Positions 1 to 8,968 of a stretch of DNA of 64,000 nt are shown here, in pieces. Every line of letters begins with the position of its first letter. Position 1 is the first letter of the stretch. The position numbers and the translations under genes are program-made. The stretch comes from Nitrososphaerota archaeon (GTDB lineage: Archaea; Thermoproteota; Nitrososphaeria_A; Caldarchaeales; Calditenuaceae), in NCBI GenBank assembly GCA_033581555.1, contig JAVQSZ010000001.1:96001-160000 (forward strand), read 5' to 3'. Below the pieces are notes generated by a model. That model saw nothing but the letters and a program-made list of their open reading frames with translations. It was not told where the DNA came from and ran no database searches.

Positions 1-282
1 GAGTTCGATCAGGACGCGCTGGCGGAGGTCGCGGGGCTCATCAGGGAGGAACACCCGGACGCTGAGATCGTGGGCTGGTACCACTCTCACCCGGGATACG
101 GTTGCTTCATGTCCCCTACTGACATTCGCTCCCATACGACCTGTTTCCCCTATCCACATCAGGTCGCGCTCGTCATCGACCCAGTCAGAGGCGAGGCCTC
201 GTTCTTCAAGGTCGATGGGGAAGGGGATTACCGAACCGTCCCATCTGCGGTGGTGAGGAGGACGCGTGGTCAGGATCGTTGA
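1..282 (+). CDS. JAB/MPN+ (Rpn11/Mov34-like) metalloprotease, 5'-truncated by window edge
   Basis: Frame 1 is open from base 1 (EFDQDALAEVAGLIREEHPDAEIVGWYHSHPGYGCFMSPTD...VALVIDP); JAMM motif HxHx7Sx2D in Rpn11-like GWYHSHPGxGC context. Confidence 0.9.
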   Translation, partial: EFDQDALAEVAGLIREEHPDAEIVGWYHSHPGYGCFMSPTDIRSHTTCFPYPHQVALVIDPVRGEASFFKVDGEGDYRTVPSAVVRRTRGQDR

Positions 283-437
283 GGTAAGGGAGAGGGACGT
301 CAGGGAGGCTCCGCCCCCCGTTGACGGGGAATACGAGCTGATAGCTGTCGACTGGGAAGGCGTCGGTTACGATCTCTCGGACCTTTTGAGCCAGTTGGAA
401 GATGAAGCGAGCAGGGCTCGGACGGAAGACTAGGCGG

Positions 438-1217
438 TCAGGGTCCACGTCCTTCCGTGCCTCTTCGCGATATGCCCATGACGGCGGCCTTCGACTCGTT
501 CAGGGCCTTCGCTAGAAGGCGCTCCTTCGGGCCGAGCCTCGTCCCCAGCGCGCTAAGGGCGAAGTCGATCTCGGAGGTGACCAACCTCGCGACCTCCTCG
601 ATAAGTGGTTCAAGGGCACTCGAGCCCGACTCGTACTCCCTAAGGAGGACAGCCAAGTCGTCGCCGATGTAGAGGGCCCTGTAGATCGACCGATCAAGCC
701 TCTTGTAGAGTTTCCTGGAGATCCTGATGAGCCGCAGCTCCCAGAGGGCGAGGTCCAGCAGCGCCCGAGCCTCCCTCTCCCTGCCGAGGGACTTCAGTAT
801 TCCGAGCGACGCTACTGCGCCGATGAACGCCCTGTAGAGTTTGCCAGCCTCAGCGACCGTGAGGGGGATCAGCTTGGTGTTGAGCATGAAAGCGATCTGC
901 GCCTCGTCCTTCAACGTGAGGACACTCTTCGCCTCCTCGCCGATGGCCTTGGCTAGGTCCTCCTTGCTCTGCTGGTCTGCCAACAGCGATGACGACTGTT
1001 CTCTGACGTCCGTCCACGACTTGCTCACGGCCAGCATCTTATCGAGGAGCGCCCCTATCGAGGACTCCCCAATCAACGGCGCCTCGGAGACGTAAAGTAC
1101 AGTTGGAGGCGGTAGAACGTATTGATTCACCTTTAGGACCTTGGGTCTGCTTCTCTTCAGCGACTCAGTTCGCCCCCGAAAGAAGAGAGAGCCCGACCGA
1201 TGTCCGCCACGACTCAT
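438..1217 (-). CDS. Hypothetical alpha-helical protein, last gene of the minus-strand pilin-like operon
   Basis: 259-aa ORF; ATG overlaps the stop of the upstream gene (ATGA coupling at 1214-1217); no recognisable motif. Confidence 0.6.
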   Translation of the reverse strand: MSRGGHRSGSLFFRGRTESLKRSRPKVLKVNQYVLPPPTVLYVSEAPLIGESSIGALLDKMLAVSKSWTDVREQSSSLLADQQSKEDLAKAIGEEAKSVLTLKDEAQIAFMLNTKLIPLTVAEAGKLYRAFIGAVASLGILKSLGREREARALLDLALWELRLIRISRKLYKRLDRSIYRALYIGDDLAVLLREYESGSSALEPLIEEVARLVTSEIDFALSALGTRLGPKERLLAKALNESKAAVMGISRRGTEGRGP

Positions 1218-1672
1218 CCCCTGCTCACCGCTAGGATCCCGACCCTATCAGCGGAACAGGTAAGCCTCGCGGTCCACGCGGAGAACGACCTGGTCGGGTC
1301 ATAAGTTCCCCAGACGACCGAGAAGAGCCTGTGGCCTATCACGACGGTACCGTCGGAGTTCCTGACCAGCTTGATGACCGTGAAGTTCACTGAGACGCTC
1401 GGCGGTGCAACTGACGCGATGATGGCGAGGGCCTCGTCGACGGGGATGCCGTCCTCCCGGCATACTAGGGCCTCCATCTGACCGCGCTCCGTCAGGGCCG
1501 CGACCATTTTGTTAGCGAGCTCCTCGAGGTCATTCCTCTGCTCAGAGACCGAGACGGTCTTCATGGAGACGATCTGATAGAAGAGGACAATCCCTATGAC
1601 AATGATGATTGAGGCCAGGATCGCCTCAACGGTCCAAACCATCCCGAGACGCCTGGAGCTCGACGTCCTCAT
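1214..1672 (-). CDS. Pilin-like protein with class III-type signal peptide
   Basis: MRTSSSRRLG|MVWTVEAILASIIIVIGIVLFY: basic leader, Gly, hydrophobic helix; ATG at 1672 overlaps upstream stop; N-terminus recalls archaeal minor-pilin families (DUF7288-like, from memory). Confidence 0.65.
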   Translation of the reverse strand: MRTSSSRRLGMVWTVEAILASIIIVIGIVLFYQIVSMKTVSVSEQRNDLEELANKMVAALTERGQMEALVCREDGIPVDEALAIIASVAPPSVSVNFTVIKLVRNSDGTVVIGHRLFSVVWGTYDPTRSFSAWTARLTCSADRVGILAVSRG

Positions 1673-2409
1673 GACACACCACCCGACCAAGCCCAGACCT
1701 CCACGCTCAGGGTCACCCCGTTCTCTGATACGGTCGTCTCCGAAAGGTAAACCGCATCGGGCGGTATCGAGACCCTGGACGGCTCGACAAAGCGGCCCTT
1801 CACGAACGCCACCACTAATTCGGGGTATACAGCCGGCACGACGTGATAAGAAGACTCCGTGAAGACCACCACGGGCGACTCGAAGATAATCGGTGCGATC
1901 TCGTAACCGGACTCGACTACCGTTGACCCACCGTAATAGCAGAGGCTTGCGCTTCCAGAGACCCGTGTAGTTCCGTCTTCCCCGTAATTCACGAGGCGGG
2001 GATCGAGCCGCAGGCCCCTCACGAGGACGCCGTACTGCGTCACTACGATCGTACCCCCGCCTCCTGTCGCGCAGGTCGTGTAATCGGACGGGAACGAGAG
2101 GGCGACAGCAGGGCCCGATTGCACTATCCTCTGCGTGAACGAGACCCTTGCGACGAAGTCGACCCTGATTCCCCTGAAGTCGTAGGAAGGCGCTCCCACG
2201 TAGGCGGGGTTCAGGAAGAAGGCGTCCCTCGAGGACCTGGAGACGAGCGATTTGATGAGGTTAAGGGCCGCCCTCGACTCGACGCGGACCATCGCGTCCT
2301 CAGTGAAGGAGAGGTAGCTCGATGCTCCGGAGAGCGCGGAGAAGACTACTAGACCAGCGACTAGCGCGAAGAGCGAGACCCCGATTGCCGCGTCAACCAC
2401 CGCCTCCAT
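1669..2409 (-). CDS. Pilin-like / single-pass surface protein
   Basis: N-terminal hydrophobic helix VVDAAIGVSLFALVAGLVVF (DUF7287-like xDxAIGxSxF pattern, from memory), then beta-rich domain; AT-rich sequence upstream. Confidence 0.55.
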   Translation of the reverse strand: MEAVVDAAIGVSLFALVAGLVVFSALSGASSYLSFTEDAMVRVESRAALNLIKSLVSRSSRDAFFLNPAYVGAPSYDFRGIRVDFVARVSFTQRIVQSGPAVALSFPSDYTTCATGGGGTIVVTQYGVLVRGLRLDPRLVNYGEDGTTRVSGSASLCYYGGSTVVESGYEIAPIIFESPVVVFTESSYHVVPAVYPELVVAFVKGRFVEPSRVSIPPDAVYLSETTVSENGVTLSVEVWAWSGGVS

Positions 2410-2488
2410 TCTCGGTATATATCGGTCACCAACAGATAAGCATAATGCTGACTAGGGAAGGCAGATCTGTGAGAACGATTTATTACGT

Positions 2489-2815
2489 ATGAGCGCGGGG
2501 AGCGGCGGATTGGAGGACCTGCTCAAGAGGCTGAGGCTGGAGATCGTCGGCGACTTCAGGCAGTACCTGAACGCGCTTGAGCAGACCGGGGACGGCTCCT
2601 GGGAGGTGGCACTGACCGAGAAGGCAGAGGCCTTCGCGGGAACGATGGAGTGTCCGGTCGATAGGGAGGAGGTGCGGATCGAGGAGAGCGTGCTGTGCCC
2701 CATCTGTTACACGCCATATCACGTGGACTGTGCCAAGATCCTCGCCAGCAGGTCGGAGAAGTGCTGGAAGTGCGAGCGGTTCGACAGGTTCGACCTCCTT
2801 CTGAGGGGCAGGTGA
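2489..2815 (+). CDS. Small RING-finger protein (prokaryotic RING, E3-ligase-like)
   Basis: CPVD-x11-CPIC-x4-HxxC-x10-CWKC metal-ligand pattern (second ligand is Asp instead of Cys). Confidence 0.7.
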   Translation: MSAGSGGLEDLLKRLRLEIVGDFRQYLNALEQTGDGSWEVALTEKAEAFAGTMECPVDREEVRIEESVLCPICYTPYHVDCAKILASRSEKCWKCERFDRFDLLLRGR

Positions 2816-2821
2816 CGCAAA

Positions 2822-3679
2822 ATGAGCCTGGAGCACGAGGCGAGTCGTCGGATCCTGATCAGCCTGCTGACTGATCCTCACAGGTCAGGCAGGACAATTT
2901 ACTTCGACCCAGATGCGCTATCGGCGAGGCTGGGTGGACAGGCATGGGACCACCTCGAGGCGATGATCGAGCTGGGCGAGAAGGGGCTCATCAAGTTCCA
3001 CTTCACCAAGGAAGTGGAACTTCTGTTCAGGTTCATACGCGCAAGGGCGAGGCTTGAGCACGTGGCCGGGTTGAAAGAGGTGGATGAGGTCGCCGACGAG
3101 CTGAGGAAGGCGAAGATCCTCGGCAGGATCGTAGGGAGGGACCTCGAGGTGATTAGGGATCAGAGGGTTCCTGACCACCTCGAGGCGCTCAGGGCCCTCT
3201 CGGTTCAACTCGGCAAGCTGCTGAAGCTCCTCGAGGGGAAGAAACTGGTCAGCAGGGAGGTCTACGAGATGGTTGCAGCGTCAGTGCTGTCCCAGACCGC
3301 TAACGTCGTTCAGTCTACGGAGCAGGTCCTCTCCTCTCTCAGGACGGCCCTAGCCGAACTCGTGGAGGTGATGAACGCATTGATTCAAGAGCGGGCGAGG
3401 ATATTGGGGCTCCGCGACAGGCTAGGCTTCAATCTCGAGGAGCTCGACTTGGTGTCGAACTCCTACCTCTCGGGCATCGAGGAGTTCAGGCGCCTCCTTC
3501 AGCAGATCGATCGACTGTTGAGGGGAGCCATACCGAACTGGGACGAGGTGATAGGGTCAGCTCAAAAGATGAGCTCGGAGTTCGCGCAGAGGGCGCCATT
3601 CGTTGACGTCGTCCTTAAACAGATGACCTCCATCAACGAGATGCTGAAGGCTGGAATTGAGACTGAACTTGGCCGATGA
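2822..3679 (+). CDS. Hypothetical coiled-coil protein with possible N-terminal winged helix
   Basis: 285-aa helical ORF 6 nt downstream of the RING gene; wHTH-like 'LEAMIELGEKGLIKF'; degenerate SHOCT-like 'KKLVSREVYE'. Confidence 0.6.
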   Translation: MSLEHEASRRILISLLTDPHRSGRTIYFDPDALSARLGGQAWDHLEAMIELGEKGLIKFHFTKEVELLFRFIRARARLEHVAGLKEVDEVADELRKAKILGRIVGRDLEVIRDQRVPDHLEALRALSVQLGKLLKLLEGKKLVSREVYEMVAASVLSQTANVVQSTEQVLSSLRTALAELVEVMNALIQERARILGLRDRLGFNLEELDLVSNSYLSGIEEFRRLLQQIDRLLRGAIPNWDEVIGSAQKMSSEFAQRAPFVDVVLKQMTSINEMLKAGIETELGR

Positions 3680-4709
3680 GGAACTTCACCCTCTTGACCT
3701 CCTCGGTGACCCCCTCGAGTACCTTAAGCGCCCGCTGGAGCCTATCGATGGAACCGTTCACGAAGTTGAGGTTGAGGTCTGAGCCTACCCGGAGCAGGCT
3801 TCTCATGGCATCGAGCTGCTCGCGCAACCTCTCGATGCTCCTCTCGAGGACCTCAACGTCTGTTTTACGCCTGCGAGTGAGCTCAGAGGCCCTCCTGGTC
3901 AACTCATGATAAAGGAAGTCGTACTCATCTTGGCTGATCTCGCCTATGCCGAGTCTCGCCTTGAGGAGCTCGAACTCTAACTTCAACTCGGCGGGAATGT
4001 CCTCCTGACCCTCGTCCTCAAGGAACTGCTTCGCAAACGACTCTAGGACCTCCTCGACCACCTCGTTTGACCAGGACGCGGTCGCGACGAGCTGCTCGGG
4101 CTGGAGGTCTCCGATGATGGTTCTCAGCAAGTCCGCCTCGAGCTTCTCCCGAACCTTTGAGAGGGTCTCCAGGGCCTCGCTCCCGAGACCTTTCGACCCC
4201 TCGAGCATCACCATAGACTCCTCGACCTCCCTCAGCGACCTCAGAAGGTCCTCGATCACCGCTGAGTTCCGGTCCTTCGATCCCAGGTAGTTGATCAGCG
4301 AGGAGATTAGCAGCGACCTCCTCCTGAGCAGAACGCCCATGAGGCTCGGCGAGGGCGGGACGTCATTGAGCGACGACCCGGGGATCGACAGCACGAGCTC
4401 CGTCATGACCCTCCTTACGCTCTCGTACTCGTACTCCTCGACCTTCCCGGACATGAATCCGTAGTCGAGCAGCCGGATCGCTTGGATCAGCATCTCCTTG
4501 GCCTCCTCATGGTCGGGGACTCCGACGATCGAGACCAGCCCGAGGGACTGCAGCCTGATCAGCCCCATCAGGACCTTCAGCTCATCGAGCCTGACGGCCT
4601 CCGCGGCCCCCTTCAGATCCACACGGACTCTGCCCCCCCTCCTCGGTAGCGAGGTCAGGTGCTGGATCAGCCGCACGTCCTCCTCCCTTATGCTCAACCC
4701 GCACCTCAC
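3633..4709 (-). CDS. Coiled-coil protein with wHTH-like N-terminus and two SHOCT/CdvA-like motifs
   Basis: 'GLIRLQSLGLVSI' wHTH-like; 'LLDYGFMSGKVEEYEYE' and 'LKARLGIGEISQDEY' motifs; heptad-rich C-terminus. Confidence 0.6.
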   Translation of the reverse strand: MRCGLSIREEDVRLIQHLTSLPRRGGRVRVDLKGAAEAVRLDELKVLMGLIRLQSLGLVSIVGVPDHEEAKEMLIQAIRLLDYGFMSGKVEEYEYESVRRVMTELVLSIPGSSLNDVPPSPSLMGVLLRRRSLLISSLINYLGSKDRNSAVIEDLLRSLREVEESMVMLEGSKGLGSEALETLSKVREKLEADLLRTIIGDLQPEQLVATASWSNEVVEEVLESFAKQFLEDEGQEDIPAELKLEFELLKARLGIGEISQDEYDFLYHELTRRASELTRRRKTDVEVLERSIERLREQLDAMRSLLRVGSDLNLNFVNGSIDRLQRALKVLEGVTEEVKRVKFLIGQVQSQFQPSASR

Positions 4710-4766
4710 CAGCCGTGCCGAATAAAAGCCGTTCGTGGGACATTAGGGGTGAGGGAACCTCTCACG

Positions 4767-6290
4767 TCAGGTCAAGTACTTCGTGCCTCCATGGACGAGC
4801 GCCCTGTAGACGACCGCCGCGAAGGCCGCTACGTACACCGAAGCGGCCGCGATGACCGTCGGCGTCGGGGAGCTGGCCAAAGGTTCGAAAGTCCTGAGGA
4901 CGAGAACCGGGAGGGAGAGGAGGGCGGAGCCAGCTAGAGGGACGACGATGAAGACCAGCGAGCCCAGCGAGAGCGGCGATGACTCGATCCTGACAGTCAG
5001 GGACGTGAGCACCGCGAGCGCCGAGCCGAAGTAGGACATGGACGCGAGCAGGATCAGGTCCACCGCGAGGAACGGCAACTCCCCGACGCCTACCGAGACG
5101 AGCGAGTAGAGGAAGAGCGAGAACGGCAGGGTCACGGTCACGTAAGCCAGCAGGAGGCCCGAGAGGTACGGCCTCTCGCTCCAAGGTGACATCTTGACCA
5201 ACCAAAGGTTCCTCCGCTCCGAGAGGCCCCAGTTTATCGCCAGCAGGGCAGGGAGCAGGGGGACGTAGAGCGCAATCATCGTGAGCTGGGCCAGCTCGGG
5301 GAACGTGAACGACCCCATAATTCTCGGGACCGCGATGTTACCGAGCGTGAGCAAAACGAGGACCGTCGCACCCGTGAAAAGGCTACCCTCCCTGGCGACC
5401 CTCGTGAGGTGTAGGGCGTACATCAGTCCGGTTAGGCGGGAACTGGCCCTAAGTCCGAGCACCCGTAACAGGGCAGCTGGGACCGCAACGCGGCCCGTGA
5501 TCATCGTGGGCCTGTCCATTAACGCCGAGACCAGCAAGGGCGTTACCGAGGGGTAGAAGTTCGTCCCGGAGAGCCGAACGTAAACCGCCAGCGAGGCCGC
5601 GACGTAAGGAAGCAAGTACAGGAGGACTGAAGTTGAGCCTTCGGTCACCGCGTGGGAGAGGATCAGGGCTGGGTGATAACTGAGCTCTGACGGCCGGGGG
5701 ACTCCGAGCGCGGAGAGGCCCAAGGGCATCAGGACCGACGCCATTAGACCCCAGCCGAGCAACCTCGAACCCCTGTCGCCTAACTTCGTCCTCGAGAGCC
5801 CGATCACGTGGGACAGCATGATCGCCATCACCATCGCGATCGCGTAGCACGGTATGGCGACCGCTAGGTACGTCACATGGGCCGGGTAAGTGATTGTCCC
5901 AATCATGAGGGCGACTGGCGGAACGACGAAGAGGGAGAGCATGACGAACTGGAAGATCGCGTCCGAGACTAGGAAGGTCCTCGGCTTCACGCGCGACGGC
6001 AAGACGAAGTCGATCTCGTAGGGGAAGGCGGTGACCCCACCCTTCAGGCCGAGGTATATGCCGGCAGCCATGACGGCGGCCATGGTGACCTCGGTCAGGA
6101 CCGGAAGGAAGCCCGCGGGGCCTGACCCCGACACGACGCCCGCGACCCGGAGCGCGAGCGAGAAGAGGCCGGTCCCGACGAGCCAGAGTCCATAGACGAT
6201 GAACAAGAAGACGACGTTCCTCGGCCTACCGACGACGGGCCCCAAGTATTGGCGGAGTTTGACCCTCAGGAGGACGAAAGCGACCCTCAT
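4767..6290 (-). CDS. ABC-2-type exporter permease (multi-pass membrane protein)
   Basis: About 12 hydrophobic segments; 'EIDFVLPSRVKPR' permease-like motif; coupled to the ABC ATPase gene. Confidence 0.8.
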   Translation of the reverse strand: MRVAFVLLRVKLRQYLGPVVGRPRNVVFLFIVYGLWLVGTGLFSLALRVAGVVSGSGPAGFLPVLTEVTMAAVMAAGIYLGLKGGVTAFPYEIDFVLPSRVKPRTFLVSDAIFQFVMLSLFVVPPVALMIGTITYPAHVTYLAVAIPCYAIAMVMAIMLSHVIGLSRTKLGDRGSRLLGWGLMASVLMPLGLSALGVPRPSELSYHPALILSHAVTEGSTSVLLYLLPYVAASLAVYVRLSGTNFYPSVTPLLVSALMDRPTMITGRVAVPAALLRVLGLRASSRLTGLMYALHLTRVAREGSLFTGATVLVLLTLGNIAVPRIMGSFTFPELAQLTMIALYVPLLPALLAINWGLSERRNLWLVKMSPWSERPYLSGLLLAYVTVTLPFSLFLYSLVSVGVGELPFLAVDLILLASMSYFGSALAVLTSLTVRIESSPLSLGSLVFIVVPLAGSALLSLPVLVLRTFEPLASSPTPTVIAAASVYVAAFAAVVYRALVHGGTKYLT

Positions 6291-7021
6291 TCCCTCACCC
6301 GGGAGACCGTCCTCAAGAAGGCCTCTTCCAGCGACGCCGAAGAGTCGAGCCCCGCAGACCGCTTGAGCTCTTCGAGGCTCCCTGAGGCCAAATCTTTTCC
6401 ACGGTGGACGATCGTCGCCGAGTTGCAGACCCTCTCTATCGTGTCGAGGAGGTGCGTGCTGACCAGTACCGATCCCCCGCGCTTCGATATCTCCTTCATC
6501 TCCGCCTTAGCGACGCTCTGGACTTCGGGGTCGAGACCGTTAAAGGGCTCGTCGAGGACGAGGATGAGTGGGTCGTTGACGATCGCCGACGCGAACGCGA
6601 CCCGCTGCTTCAGGCCCTTCGAGAGGCCGAAGATCAGTTTGTCGAGGAGACCGTTCAACCCGAAGAGCTCCGCGACCTCCGAAACGCTGGTCTGCAACTC
6701 CCTCCCCCCGAGGCCCTTTAGCCTCGCGACGAAGACGAGGAACTCCCTCACGGTCAGGTACTCCGGTAGCGACGGGTTCTCGGGGAGGTACCCAATCAGG
6801 GACTTGTAGGAGACGTCCTCTGTGGCCGAGCGGCCCGCCACTCTGACATGGCCGCGGTCGGGCCTGAGCAGCCCCACGACGCACTTGACGGTCGTGGTCT
6901 TGCCCGCGCCGTTCAGCCCCAGGAGGCCGTGCACGCTCCCCGCCCTCACGGTGAGGTTGAGGCCCCGAACTGCTGGCTCTCCGTCGAAGCTCTTCCAGAG
7001 GTCCTTGACCTCGATCATCAT
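6287..7021 (-). CDS. ABC transporter ATP-binding protein
   Basis: Walker A GLNGAGKT, signature LSKGLKQ, Walker B LVLDEP, H-loop STH. Confidence 0.95.
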   Translation of the reverse strand: MMIEVKDLWKSFDGEPAVRGLNLTVRAGSVHGLLGLNGAGKTTTVKCVVGLLRPDRGHVRVAGRSATEDVSYKSLIGYLPENPSLPEYLTVREFLVFVARLKGLGGRELQTSVSEVAELFGLNGLLDKLIFGLSKGLKQRVAFASAIVNDPLILVLDEPFNGLDPEVQSVAKAEMKEISKRGGSVLVSTHLLDTIERVCNSATIVHRGKDLASGSLEELKRSAGLDSSASLEEAFLRTVSRVRE

Positions 7022-7162
7022 TCGGCCGATCGCCTCCCTCTCGGTTGTACTTCTGGCAGAACTTTGCCCTTTCTGCGACGCAGTAATAGAAAAAGTGCTT
7101 TCAGCGACTTTGGTCCTTACTCACGGGATACCCTTATCAATCGGTAACCGCATATACGCTCA

Positions 7163-8965
7163 ATGAGAAGACGAGACTCTCCCGCTAAGAGCCCTAGCAT
7201 CGTTATCAAGTTCAAGAGGTGGGACGCGCCGAAGAACTTCGAGGTTTTTGACAGGTATAAGACTGGAATGAGCGAGGTCCTGATAGGCAGGGAGCCCAAT
7301 TCACCGGCCCTGAAATACGCGGTTCAGGACCCGCCAGTCAGCGACAAGGAGCTGGAGGAGCTCGGGGCGCTCGCGGGCGAGCTCATCTACACGATAAGGT
7401 CGAAGGAGGAGTTCACGAAGGAGAAGTTCGAGGAGGTGCTAAAGAAGAGAAACCTGCACAACCCGATCCTGCTCCACTACATCGAGAGGGAGCTCTGGGG
7501 ATACGGGCCGTTGGCCGCGGTGATGGCTGACCCTAGGGTCGAGAACGTCGAGTGCAACAAGGCCAACAGCCCGGTGACGGTCACTCATACGGACTACGGC
7601 CGGATAGAGACCAACATGGTTTTCACCGATGAGGAGCTGGACAGGCTGGTGATGAGGCTCGCCCACCTCGCGGGAAAGAGCGTCTCGATCTTCAAGCCGT
7701 TCCTAGACGGCGTGACGATACCTGGAGGTCACCGGTACACCTGCACCTACAGGACAGAGATCTCCTCGAGCAGCACCTTCGCGATCAGGAAGTTCCCTGA
7801 GAAGCCGTGGACCATCACCAAGCTACTCATGAACGAGACCATCACCCCCGAGATGGCGGCCTGGATTTGGTTGATGATCGAGACGAGGCAGGCTACGCTG
7901 GTCGCGGGGGTCATGGGCTCCGGCAAGACCTCTCTCATCAACGCTCTGGCTTCGTTCGCACCGCCTCACATGAAGATCGGGAGCGCGGAGGACGTCCCCG
8001 AGTTCAGGTTGCCTCACACTTACTGGCTGAGGTACGTCATCAGGGAGGCACAGACCATAGAGGGCACCGGCGCCGTAACGATCTTCGACCTCCTCAAGCT
8101 GCTCCTCAGGAGCAACGTCGACTACATTCTGGTCAACGAGATCAGGGGCGAGGACGCGAAGGTCTGGATGCAGGCGGTCGCGACCGGGCACGGCGGAGTC
8201 ACCAGCATCCACGCGGAGGACCCGGAGAGCGTCTTCGCGAGGCTCGAGCAGCTTGGAATTCCGCCGGCCCACCTCTCGGCCCTGAAGGGGATCGCGTTCA
8301 TCGGCTTCATCTTCCAGGACATAGGGAGGGGTTACTTCAAAAGGATCAGGAAGGTAAGGGAGTTCTTCGAGGTTAAGCTCGGCGAGGGCGAGAAGGAGGT
8401 CAAGAGGCTCTTCTGGTACGAGGCGGGCCCACAGGGAGGCCCCCGAAGCGTTCCCTTGGAGGAGCTCCTCTCCACCAACTCCGCAAAGGTTGTCTCAGAG
8501 TACCTGGGGCTCTCGAAGGAGAGGCTCAAGGAGGAGTACCTCAACAGGGTGGAGTTCCTCAAGTGGATGAGGGACATGGCGCTCGCGAAACCTGAGACCG
8601 CGGAGATGGAGTACGTCAAGCAGTTCATGACGAACTTCTACATCGACAAGACTTTCTATAAGTCAATTCCGATCCCGGCTAGACCGGAGCACGCCGTGAA
8701 GGAGAAGAAGGAGGTCCCGGTCGTTAAGCCGAAGGTGACGATTCAGGGGCTGACGCCCACAGGTGCGGCAGGTCCTGCGACCGAGGCCAAGACCGCATCC
8801 GGGTCCGGGGAGAAGGGGTTAGGCGACGTCAAACTCGTGGGAGTCGGCGACTTAGTACTGAAGCCTCCGAGAGTGGTCAAGAAGGGCAGGATGGTTGAAT
8901 CGAAGGAGGAGACGGAGGAGGACTCCGGCGGGATTCTCACCAAGCTCAGGAGGGAGAGGAGATAG
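7163..8965 (+). CDS. Type II/IV secretion / type IV pilus assembly ATPase (FlaI/VirB11/CpaF family)
   Basis: GYGPLAAVMADPRVENVEC, FAIRKF, Walker A GVMGSGKTS, Asp box EDVPE, Walker B ILVNEIRG, His box ATGHGGVTSIHA. Confidence 0.93.
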   Translation: MRRRDSPAKSPSIVIKFKRWDAPKNFEVFDRYKTGMSEVLIGREPNSPALKYAVQDPPVSDKELEELGALAGELIYTIRSKEEFTKEKFEEVLKKRNLHNPILLHYIERELWGYGPLAAVMADPRVENVECNKANSPVTVTHTDYGRIETNMVFTDEELDRLVMRLAHLAGKSVSIFKPFLDGVTIPGGHRYTCTYRTEISSSSTFAIRKFPEKPWTITKLLMNETITPEMAAWIWLMIETRQATLVAGVMGSGKTSLINALASFAPPHMKIGSAEDVPEFRLPHTYWLRYVIREAQTIEGTGAVTIFDLLKLLLRSNVDYILVNEIRGEDAKVWMQAVATGHGGVTSIHAEDPESVFARLEQLGIPPAHLSALKGIAFIGFIFQDIGRGYFKRIRKVREFFEVKLGEGEKEVKRLFWYEAGPQGGPRSVPLEELLSTNSAKVVSEYLGLSKERLKEEYLNRVEFLKWMRDMALAKPETAEMEYVKQFMTNFYIDKTFYKSIPIPARPEHAVKEKKEVPVVKPKVTIQGLTPTGAAGPATEAKTASGSGEKGLGDVKLVGVGDLVLKPPRVVKKGRMVESKEETEEDSGGILTKLRRERR

Positions 8966-8968
8966 CCC

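Noticed and set aside
206-448. 80-aa minus-strand ORF following the 259-aa gene
   Set aside because: It overlaps the JAB gene 3' end by 77 nt and has no motif; it could be real but is unsupported.
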